Source: Mobula hypostoma
Taxonomy: Eukaryota
Length of the DNA: 64,000 nucleotides
Assembly: GCF_963921235.1 (NCBI RefSeq)
Contig: NC_086117.1
Location: forward strand, 15,562,001-15,626,000
Direction: 5' to 3'
Part shown: in pieces, positions 12,011 to 23,032 of the stretch
Position numbering within the stretch: the first letter of the stretch is position 1
Layout: the number at the start of each line of letters is the position of its first letter
Notes under the pieces: model-generated
What the model was told of the DNA's origin: nothing
The model's database searches: none
Seen by the model: only the letters and a program-made list of their open reading frames with translations
Position numbers and translations under genes: made by a program

Positions 12011-14717
12011 GTTGGAATGGAAATGAAGGTCTAAAATTTAGACCGCCCTAATATTCACTGGCTACCGATCATAGTTGCAAATAGAAGGGGGGAAGTGAAC
12101 AAAATCTAACACACAGAATAACTGTGAGACAATGTAAATGATGCAGTGTCAAACGCTGCTCCAGTATACGTGGACTACACAATATCGACTATTCTAATTA
12201 CTTTCCTACCTTTAACACTCCCCTGGGTTGCTTCTGGGTTTGACCTTGGTTGCGACTGAGGTAATTTTTTCACTTTTTCTGGTGCTTGAAAAGTCAAAAC
12301 AAAAAGTCCTTCCATTGTTATCACCGCATGTGATGCTTTAAGGCAAGGTGAGGTAAATAACCGGAAATAAAATCAACAGTCCACTGGCTATATATGGCAG
12401 CAGGAATAACAGACGTGAGAGCTATTAAGCGGTAGATAATTCGCGATTAAGAGAAAAGATATTAGAAAATAAGATTGTTGGGGTACTTTCCAGGGCAGAG
12501 ATCTGGCGAAGCGAACGTCTTGTAGGTGGGTTTGATTCAAATGAATGGGAGTACAAATGAGCGGGGATCTGGAAAGCGGAGTTGGCAAAAATAATCTTCA
12601 GTGATAACGTGAACACCGCGGCTTCAGTGGTCTCGTACCATCGCAAAACTGCACGATTAAGTCTTAGCAAACACACAATCGGCTGAATGGTCACGCCCTG
12701 TGTTGTAAACATGACGCACAAAATGCTAAGTCACATTCGAGTTTATCGTTATATGCATAAGTAAATGGGAAAAGCTCACTTGCATCAGCATCACATGGCA
12801 TCATTTAACGGGACAAAACTGAAATTTAAATACTGTGCTTAATTATTCCTCTTTTGCTGAATAAATTACCATGTTCCGTAAACTAGATTTTACAATGCGA
12901 TTTACCATTCTACACACAGGCTGGGCCACGTGTCTAGGGTGCCAAACCCTTGGCCCTTTGAACTTAATTGCCTTTCACAACAGGGTGGTGGGGGGGGGGC
13001 GTTGGGGTGTTAATACCGACGTGCATCACAAACTAAGTGAGGAACAAGTAACTTCTGAAACTTTGCTACATCTTCCGACCGGAATTGAGCTTCACTCGAG
13101 CGAACACTTTACGATAAAGATACACCATGTTTGGGCGTGAATCCAAACGTAATTACTGCATATGCCCAATCCTTCCGGACATTTATTTAAAATAAAACAG
13201 GCCATCGTTTCTAAAATACGCAGAGACGTTTATTTATCCCCGAACGGACTTTTCAGGGTTCAATTTATGAATTTGATAATCATTATCCCCAACAAATCCA
13301 GATTACAACAAAGTAGTCGTTATCAACGGACCACGGATGAAAAAATGCTACTTATCCCTACTTTCCCCGAGTATTTAGAAATATAAAAGGTTTCTTCATT
13401 TTGTCTTTGTAGCAGCATTATAACCCCGGTGTCAAATTCCCAAGCCTACTCAGCGCGTAATAAATAACTGGTGGCGGCTTCCAGGGTTCATTAAATTATA
13501 ACGTCACCTGTTCTACTAGAAGAAGCACGTTTTTAGACCATAGGAGCAGAATTCGGCCATTTGGCCCATTGAGTCTGCTTCGCCATTTCATCATGGCTAG
13601 TCCAATTCTCCTCTCAGACCCAATCTCCTGCTTTCGCCCTGCACCCCTTCACGCTCTGACCAAACAACATCTATCAACTCCTGCCTTAAATACACATAAA
13701 GACTTGGCCACCACAACTGCCCGTGGCAACGAATTCCACAGTTTTTTAAAGAAATACAATTAATGAAGTACATATAATTCGGTTAACGATGTGTAACTTG
13801 TTTGTACTTTTTAATTTGTATCATTACCCGTGCAATTCGCAGGGAAAATCACTTCTGCTACATTTAAAAGAGATTTAACTTTTTCTTTCAATAAGAAAAT
13901 CTAAAAAGCGGACAAGAGGCAGCCGGTGTTCTAAGCAACTCGCGTAGGGATTTTTCACTGGGGCTGAAAGGGGAGAGTTTAAACTAAATCCGGATGTACT
14001 CGTGCTTTCTGATTGGATTGAATCTGTTTCCAGCATTTTCGGTATTTGATTCGGATTCTGTATTTTTAAGAAACTGTGGCATCTACGTCGACACAAAAAA
14101 AAAATCGCTCAACACCACAGGTAGGAAATCGTAAGTCCTATGTTCACAATAGTTTGAGAGGGCTAACGTCTCCGTTTACCCTGTAGCCGAACCCATCTCA
14201 CGTTTAAGATGCAGCTTTTAACAAAAGACGGGAGCTTGCATTTAGTGCAATGAAGACTGGCTTTATTAAAATGTTAATAATTATAATTCTCCATTTAAAG
14301 GGGTAACTGAAAAGTCTAATTGTTTAAAATAACCCGAGGAGGCAGACTAAATATCCCCGCCTTCACCTTTCCAAGTGTTAATCTGTTGATAGTTTATCAA
14401 AACGTTTCGGTTTAATGCTTTGTTATTTATCATTTAGCAGATTGGATCTGCGGTAAATGTCAGGAGTGTTTTAAGCCTCCTGAATCCTCGCATTAATATA
14501 ACTATGTCCGACCTTTCCCTGTCTATTTTGCCATTTGATGTCCCCTACCGCCTGATTTCTGGCACCATGCCCGAGTTCGAAGATAATTTTGACTATGGGC
14601 GAAAGTACACGACGGGAGAGGTCGGTCGCACCGCCCATTATTTACCTCTCCGGACAGTCCTAAGTGTGATCGTGCGGAATGATTGGCAGTGATTGGCAAT
14701 GATTGAGAGAATTAACT

Positions 14718-14972
14718 TCGCCACGGACGGTCCCAAGCTCGGTTGCGAAAGGAGCGGAGGTGGAATGGGGCTAACAACCCCATCCCGCAAAACCCGGTGC
14801 CGTAGAAAAGCCAACAGAAGCTCCAAGAAGTTGGGCTACTTGGGAGAGGAAGGACGCACGAAGAAGATGGGCTGCTCTTGGGGACAACTTGAAAGACCGG
14901 CCCAGGACAGGGGTCTCTGTCCAGCTGCTGTCGGCAGCCTATGCCCCAGTACAGGTGACAGGCTTAAGTGAG
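14718..14972 (+). mobile_element. internally deleted RTE-type non-autonomous retroelement
   Basis: RTE-like 5' motif ggacggtcccaagc...ggggctaacaaccccatcccg joined to a 3' end encoding WGQLERPAQDRG..W-like sequence and a ttaagtgag tail. Confidence 0.6.
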
Positions 14973-15149
14973 TCGTTGGAGAAAGTGTAACCCTCAGTAT
15001 TGGCTACTGCCACCTAATCAACGTAGTTTGTAAGATTCTGCTCATAGAAGAGCTTCTAAAAACGAATGGAAAGCCTGCACTCAAACGATATTTATGACTA
15101 GAACAGACATGCTTCACTCTGCGGCATCTCCGATTTCAATCGTGTATTT

Positions 15150-15726
15150 GCTCAGTGGCCACTTTATTAGGTACAGAACCTTCTATGCCTAATAAAGCGG
15201 CAACTGAGTGTGTGTTCATGGTGTTCTGCTGCTGCAGCCCATCCACTGCAAGGTTCGACATGTTGCGTGTTCAGAGATGCTCTTCTGCACACCACTGTTG
15301 TAACGCGTGGTTATTTGAGTTACTGTCGCCTTGTCAGTTTGACCTAGTCTGGAAATTCTCCTCTGACCTCTCTCATTAAAAGGGGGTTTCGCTCTCATAT
15401 CTGCTGCTTGTTGGATGCTTATATCTACGTTTTTTTTTTAAATTGCACGATTCTCTGTAAAACTCTAAAACCATTCTGTGTGAAAGCATCAGGAGAACAG
15501 CAGTTTCTGAGATACTCAAACCATCTCCTCTGACAACAACGATCATTCCACGGTCAAAGTCACTTGCATCACATTTCTTCCCCATTCTGATATCTGGTCT
15601 GAACGACAACTGGATCTCTTGACCATGTCTGCATGCTTCAGTACATTGAGTTCCTGCCACATGATTAGCTGATTAAATATTTGCACTAACAAGCAGGTGC
15701 ACAGGCGTACCTCATAAAGTGGCCAC
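15150..15726 (-). mobile_element. Tc1-derived element with transposase N-terminal HTH remnant
   Basis: TIR cagtggccactttattaggtac; MGKKCDASDFDRGMIV...LSISETA and NERGQRR...KATVTQITTRYN. Confidence 0.85.
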
Positions 15727-16989
15727 CAAAAGAGAAACCGGTGACTCTGGGGAAGAGTCAGGTATTTGTGGGACATCTGGATGATTATTATTGAGAGCCT
15801 CTAGCCTGTCATCAGGGTCAAGGTTGCTGGTGACTACTAATTGATCCATTTGTCATTAAGGGTGACAGAACTGTGACCTCCCCTAAATCAGCCCGGGAGA
15901 TGCAAGGACAGTTTTATGAGATATGCCTGCTTTAATATGAAACCTAATAGCTGCTTGATTTCATATTGGACATCCTTCTAGACTAGGCTACTTCTATTCC
16001 TGTCTTATTAATCTTATCAATTTTATAAACAGTGCATCTTAAAACTGCACTAAATTGACACATTTACCTACTATCTCTCAGTTAAACATGCAATTTAACT
16101 TGTGTTACAGAGAGGCTCTGCATCTTCCACTCTGCTTTGCAATTCACTCTGACAGGTTGATAGAGCAGATTGGATTTAACTGACAGCATCTAAAATTTAT
16201 GTCAGTGATTCCCACCAGTACAAGAACTGTTTCAGCTTGGCATATTGTTGCTTCTTCCCTGTATCCAACGAGGCAACATGGCGTCACCAAGTATCTAACA
16301 TGAAAGGCAGCAGTCAATTAAAGTTCAATATAATAATTGGGGGAAATTACATGCACTGAGACTGTAAGGCATACAGTTGGAGCAGCATTAAGCTATTCAG
16401 ACCATTGAGTCCGCTGCACCATTACATCATGGCTGATTTATTAACCCTCTCAACACCATTCTCCTGCCTTCTCCCCATAACTTTGACACCTTGACAAATC
16501 AAGAGCCAATCAACCTCCACTTTAAATATACACAGTGACTTGGCCTCCACAGCTGTCTGTGTCAATGAATTCCACAGATTCCCCATCTTCCGGCTAAAGA
16601 AATTCCTCCTGATTTCTGTTCTAAAGCATGCTTGCACACTTTAGTTTGTGACAATAGTTGCCTATTGGAGTAGAAACGGAGAGATGATTGAAGCACAAAG
16701 TGGTGTAATGCAAGCACTTATCCCACAGATGACTCAGAACTAATCCTTATGTGTCTGATTGAGATTACAATGATATAGGGAATAAGTGAACTCGGAATGG
16801 TCTGATATTACCATGTTTAATATTGATCTACTATAAATCGGAAAATTCAGCTTTAATTGCTAAACTTTTCTTTCCCACTATTAAGCATACTTCATCAGAA
16901 GCTCTCATACCCCTGAGTCAACCAGCTTGTTACACTGATGGGTAACTTGTAACAGTATTGTTTACCATTACTTCCATCTCAGAATACTG

Positions 16990-17640
16990 CTTAGAACATA
17001 GAACAGTACAGCCCACAATGTTGTGCCAAACCAGCTAAAAAGCAAATCAAAAATACCTAAACACCAATCCCTTCTACTTAAACAACGTCCATATCCCTCC
17101 ATCTTCCTCACATCCATGTGCCTATCCAAACATCTCTTAAAAGCCTCTAATTTATTTGCCTCTACCACCATGCCAGGCAGTGCATTCCAGGCATCCACTA
17201 CTCTCTGAGCAAAAAACTTACCCCTCACATCCTCCTTGAACCTACCCCCTCTCACCTTCAATGCATGCCCTCTGGTATTAGACATTTCAACCCTGGGACA
17301 CAGATATTCCCTGTCTACTCTATTTATGCCTCTCATAATCTTATGCACCTCTATCAGATCTCCCCTCTTCCTCTGGCACTCCGGAAAAAAAACAACCCAA
17401 GTTTATTCATCCTCTCATGATAGCACCTGCCCTCTAAGCCAGGCAGCATTCTGGTAAACCTCTTCTGCACCATCTCCAAAGCCTCAACATCATATAGTGG
17501 GGTGAACAGAACTGTGTGCAATACTCCAGATGTGGCCCAACCGGAGTTTTATGAAGTTGCAACATAGCGCCATGACTTTTGAACTTAATGCCTCAACTAG
17601 TAAAAGCAAGCATTCAATAAGCTTTCTTAACCGCCTTATC
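16990..17640 (-). mobile_element. CR1 LINE 3' fragment
   Basis: KIMRGINRVDRE...TRGHALKVRGGRFKEDVRGKFFAQRVV; ttctatgttcta tail. Confidence 0.9.
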
Positions 17641-19845
17641 GAGCTGGAATCTTTAGGTGAACTAGGACCCAAGAGACTGCAGATGCCAAAATTTGGAGCA
17701 AAAAAGAAAGAACTACTAGGAGAACTTAGCAGATGAGATAGCATCTGTGATGGCAAAGGGATAGTTGGCATTTCAAGTCAAGACCCTGGATCAGGATTTA
17801 AGGCTTTGATCATCCTTTTGCCTCCACAGATGCTGCTTGATCTAATGAGATCTTCTGGCACTTTTGTTCTTGTCGCTCTGGATTTCTCGTGTGGCAAGAT
17901 GCTGACTACTGGCAATTATCCAGTTATCCTCTGGGGATTGGGTAATTGTGCCATCGTATCGGTTCTCTACAGGTATATCTATGGCATTCCCTTCCACTTA
18001 ATGGAATCTGTGTCACCCATGAAAAACAAACCAATTCCTCAGGGATTGCTCTAAATGATCTACAGCTAATTGCCATTGCTCCTGAAGGTCTCTAAATTGA
18101 AACAGAATAGATAAGCATTTATTATCAGGTAACTCAGTGAATGCAGGGCTTTCTGATTTGTAACCAATTCACATTTTATATATTCACAGAACCTCACCAA
18201 AAGAACATTGCACCACCCTCCTCCCTTCCTCGATGTGCCTATGAACTGGTGTTATACGGTAGCACAGTGGTTAGCAGAAAACAATTACAGCGCCAGTGAC
18301 CCCGGTTCAATTCCGCCGTTGTCTGTAAGGAGTTTGTACGTTCTCCTTGTGACCGCGTGGGCTTCCTCTGGGTTTTCTGCTGTCCTTCTGCATTCCAGAG
18401 ATGTACGGGTTAGTAGGTTAATTGGTCACGTGGGTGCTATTCGGCGGTGTGGGCTCATTGGGTCAATAGGGCCTGTTACTGCGCTGTAAATCTCAAAATC
18501 TAAAAATATACACATTATGCCAGTTTACACTTGCTTCAATTCTAGAAAATAGTTTTAATTTTACCAATCATAAGAAATGGAATCTTAGGTTTAATTTCAG
18601 TTGACAGAAATGTAGTAATAATTTAACTTGTTATTTTAGTCACAGGAACCAATCTATTTAATATTATGACTCCGTGTATATCAGAGCAGATTTTGCCTGT
18701 TAAAAATGTAGTAATTTCCATATTTAATTTAAGTGATTACAAATGTCTATTAGACCATTTAAGCCACTTTAGAAAATGGCAAAGTGAATCTGTGAATTAG
18801 GATTTTAAATGCGAGATTATGTCTGGTGCCCTTTTAAGAAAAACCATTGCTCATTATAAGATGCACCAGTGCTCATAGAAGGCATTCATATTATCAGCAG
18901 GAACTGGAGCTAGGAAAGAATCTGAGAGGCAGGGATTAATTTGTCAATGAACTTGTCTCCTGGGATAGTGCTCAGCCTGCCCTGCATCTACTCCCTTCAT
19001 TACTCATAGTGTAGGCCATGACCTTCTCATGTCGCATATCACTGTTGATCGTTCAACAAGCCTGAGCCTCTGTCTCCAGTGTGGAACCTCATACAGCACC
19101 AGCAACGCGGTAGACGAAGGAGTCAGTGAGGGATTTTCCTCCTAATGTACATGAACAAAATGATTGAATGTGGCAGAAAGGAGTAAGATCTGTTTATCTA
19201 CGGAGGGGTAATTGATTTATTTAGTGTAGAGGTGCAGGCAGAGAAAAGTATCTGTTGTACAATTGAGTATATCATTATTACAGATAGAGCACTGTTAAAA
19301 CTAACTATCCAGGGGCTTCATGTTTGTTACCGTGTAACTTTGATTTCTTCATGACCAGACAGTGGCAAATCGTCAAGGTATCCCCTAGCAGTGAACAGAG
19401 TCGTTTCAGAGTCAGATCATTAGGGTGAGATACTTTGTAGAAGAAAAATATTCCACTGGGGAGAACAAGACCCTCGGTGTGTTGAAAATGTGTATTCAGG
19501 TTTTACCCACTGAATATAAAGTGATCTGCAATAATAAGAAGCCATGAGATTCATACCCAGAGGAGAGAAAACCTGCTGAATACTGCGCTTTGTGGATAAA
19601 ACTGCTCACTTAAAGATATTTCAGAAGGAAACGAATCCATTAACTGTTATTACAAGTAAATCTTCCATTTTCATTCACTTAGCCGAAACATCTGTTATCA
19701 GATGTTCACTTGAGTGGCTACTCAGACACATCTCTGTTAATACTAAGTATCTAGGAGATCAATCTATGTTTAAAATTAAGATTTAGAACAAATAATTATT
19801 GTGCTTATGTCACTGGTCAGAATCAATAACTTAATATAATCTCAC

Positions 19846-19884
19846 CTTTCTTGATTCCTTGTCTGGAGACTGATCCCTGTCCTC
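19846..19884 (-). CDS. NTNG2: candidate alternative microexon C (39 nt): (G)GQGSVSRQGIKK
   Basis: ctgcttgtttacaag|GA...AAAG|gtgaga; phase 1-1, no stop; shares the GxKK end with two neighbours. Confidence 0.7.
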
Positions 19885-21515
19885 CTTGTAAACAAGCAGT
19901 GGACCGTCATATAGATACAGTGTGTCAGGTACGAGCATTGTAAATTGAAGACTCTATCAGTAAGATAATTTCATTCCACAAGAGAAGCAGCTATTGCTCT
20001 TTTTTTTTGCAAACTAGGCAATCCAATCTCATAATTCACATTAAAGGATTATGGTTTCTCTAAGTAATTACACTAAATTAAAATATATTCTACTTGAATT
20101 TCTGTCAGTATATTTAATTATTAACAAGAATCAGTTTCCATTTATATAGCACCACTGATATAGACCTCAGTAACCCAGAAAAGCATTATCAGCAAAGCAC
20201 AGAAAGGGATGACCAAAAGTTTGGTCAGAGATGTAGGCTTTAAGGACCACACTTAAGAGGGAAGGAGACTGGAAAGTTCTGGGAGGAATTGGTTGCCAAG
20301 GGTGCTGTAAGGACAGAAGGCCAAAAATGGAGGAGTACAGATCTCTGAAGTTGGAGGGAGGGGAGAGGCACTGAAACTGTTTGAAAGTGGTTGAACATTT
20401 TAACTGGAAGCTAGTATGGATAACACAGCTTGGGACGAGTGACAGAGGAACGTGATAGTACAATTTAGGACACACGCAGTCAGGTTTTAATCTGCCTATT
20501 CTAATCCAAAACAATTTCATTATGCCGTATTAGTACTTTGTAAAATGTAAGTATTGCAAAACACAGGTCTTGCCACAAACCAACTATCTTTTGATGACTT
20601 CAATTAACTAATACCATCTCTGCAACCAATTTAATTGCTAAAATTTATATTACACTTGATGACCGAATGATTGGTGATTTAGCCATGTAAAGGGATCAAA
20701 AGGCATTTAAAAGTTTTTATCATAAGGTACATGTAGCAAATTGTGTAGGACTTAGTCACAGAATAGCTAATGGTGTTGTACTTAGTGTATAAGTTAGATG
20801 ATTGTGTAGTAATGGAGAAGTGTATAAGATGTTAGTCAGACTTGCAGAGCAGTCCAGTAAGTTGACTTTGTATGGGAACATTTCCTTCAGAGAATTATTC
20901 TTGGCTGCATATCCACAGGGAACTCACCTAGCAACAGGGTCACTGTTGCGTATGGTTGATACATTCCAAGAATGCAGATAAATCACAGATAATTGATCAC
21001 TTGACAAAATATACATATAACCTTTAGAAGAGACCCAAATATAGTGCATTTTAACTCTTTGGCAGAATCTGGATTGGACCATTGAGAGAAATTGGAATTT
21101 GAAAAGTATAAAGGGAATGGAGATATGATTAAAAAGAAGAAAATTGGGGTTATAGGGTGTCAGCTGATCTCAGTGGGGCCACACAACACTGAAATGGTAT
21201 AATCGCATTCAACTGTAGTGGCTCTGGCTGGGGTTGTGTGGGTGCAGACTTTGAACAGGCACGGAGCTCTGCATGGCTGTGATGATGTCCTTGGTGGAAT
21301 TGCCTGATGATGTTCCATTTCTGACCTGGCTTTCAAGGGACAATGTAAAATTAATGAAGGTAATATAAAGCAGAAGAAATTATCTGCACCTTGAATAAGC
21401 TACACGTAACGGGTTTTAAATTCTGTCAAAGAGCATGGAAACTAGCAGGCTTTCACTTATAACTGGTAGATACCACTATGGGTCTCAGTTATTCTAACCA
21501 GAATGATAAACTCAC

Positions 21516-21551
21516 CCTTTTTAACTCCTTGCTCAGCAATCGGTACAAGTC
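21516..21551 (-). CDS. NTNG2: candidate alternative microexon B (36 nt): (R/G)LVPIAEQGVKK
   Basis: gtgcttctatttcttgttaaag|GA...AAGG|gtgagt; phase 1-1, no stop. Confidence 0.72.
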
Positions 21552-21875
21552 CTTTAACAAGAAATAGAAGCACAATTTCTAAGGTGGGTTAGAATCCACT
21601 AATAACGTTGCAAATGTAGTTGTCTCAGTTACTAGAGCTAAAGGCTACGTTCACTAAAGATAACTAATACTAAAAAAAGGTGGAATCACTAGTAACTATG
21701 CAGAGGAAACTTTGATTCCAAAATAACTAGTGATAACAAATAGTTAGTTTTAAAATCAGAGTTGCTTAAGATTATAATAACTGTTAACTGTTGTTCTATG
21801 CTAACTATTACTAGTTAGTAATTTTGGTCCATGCTAACTAATACTAATTATTAATGACCCATGTGGAAGACTTAC

Positions 21876-21914
21876 TCTTCTTGGCCCCTGTATCGAGACG
21901 AGGAATGATTTCTC
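21876..21914 (-). CDS. NTNG2: candidate alternative microexon A (39 nt): (G)EIIPRLDTGAKK
   Basis: ctctgttctgcttcattgaaag|GA...AAGA|gtaagt; phase 1-1, no stop. Confidence 0.7.
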
Positions 21915-22744
21915 CTTTCAATGAAGCAGAACAGAGGCAGATTGATGAACAATTTTGAGGAAAATTCAGCTCTCGAGTCTTCTGATAACTGCTATTTACA
22001 CACTTAATTGTGGAGAATTCTCGAAGTTAGGTTGTGCTATTGACGAGAAATGAAGGAATATGGTTCAGCACAGGGAATACACTAAGCATCATGGACAGGG
22101 AATGGACAGCAAGAAGTTGAGTTCCTTGATGAATACTGTTCCAAGAAAATTGATGGTTTTAGTGGCCAATTTGACTAGTGAATTGATCAGTGTTCCTTCT
22201 GGTGAATCTACTGGTGGACTAATACAAGTGAGAGTATCCATAGGCTTAGTTACTATTTCTGTTTTGACATTGCCATTAATTCTTTCCTTTCTGCAGGAAT
22301 CTGGGAATGAAATCCAACTGATTTCTTTAAAAAATAGCCTTATTGACAGGCTCTTTCTCAACTGTACCAGTATCATGAGAATATAAGGAAAAGGAGCAGG
22401 AATGGGCTAATTAGCCCTTCAACTCTATTTTGCTTTTGAATAAGATTATGAATGATTCAATCTTGACCTCAGGATTACATACGCCCCATTACCCACAAAT
22501 CAAGCCATTTCACTGGTACCCAGAGCTTTCACTATCTTATCTGTCCAGACACCAACTATTGAATTACCTTTATTTTTTTTATTTTTCAATTCTTTAACAC
22601 CTTTCCTTACTTCCAAAAAAAATGTCAAGGTTTGTGCCTGTCCTTCTAAAGTTTTGCTCTTTATTCTTCCTTTGATCTTAAATTTATGTTCCTTTTTCTT
22701 ACTTGCTCTATTGAAAATTTACTTATCAAACAAACTCTCCCTTC

Positions 22745-22749
<5 letters not shown>

Positions 22750-22776
<27 letters not shown>
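22750..22776. repeat. (GT)n microsatellite
   Basis: About 13 GT units at the tail of the adjacent SINE. Confidence 0.95.
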
Positions 22777-22777
<1 letters not shown>

Positions 22778-23032
22778 CACACCCTTAACTCCTGGTGGAG
22801 TCGTCAGGGCGCCATCATGACAAGTTTTATTTTTCCTCATCGTATGGTGTGTCTTGGCCATCTGAAACCTGGCGAAACCATCCCTCTCCTTGTTTTTTTT
22901 TTAACAAGGTCGAGTTGTTAGCTTGACGCTCAACCCAGGCATGGATGGAAAGCATGCAAGGGAGCTGGCCAGATTCGAACTCAGGACCTCTCGCCCCGAA
23001 GTCCAGCGCTGATGCCACTACACCACCAGCCA
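22777..23032 (-). mobile_element. tRNA-derived SINE
   Basis: Minus-strand A-box tggtgtagtgg and B-box gagttcgaatc; second copy at ~61945-62160. Confidence 0.75.

Noticed and set aside
13507-13514. Tiny exon-like tag|TAGAACAG|gtgacg
   Set aside because: 8 or 5 nt, not frame-preserving, and adjacent to a CR1 tail.
21170-21330. Protein-like frames (NGTSSGNSTKD..., NIIRQFHQG...) after ttgaaag acceptor
   Set aside because: All frames stop without a donor; could equally be an ancient LINE remnant; unresolved.
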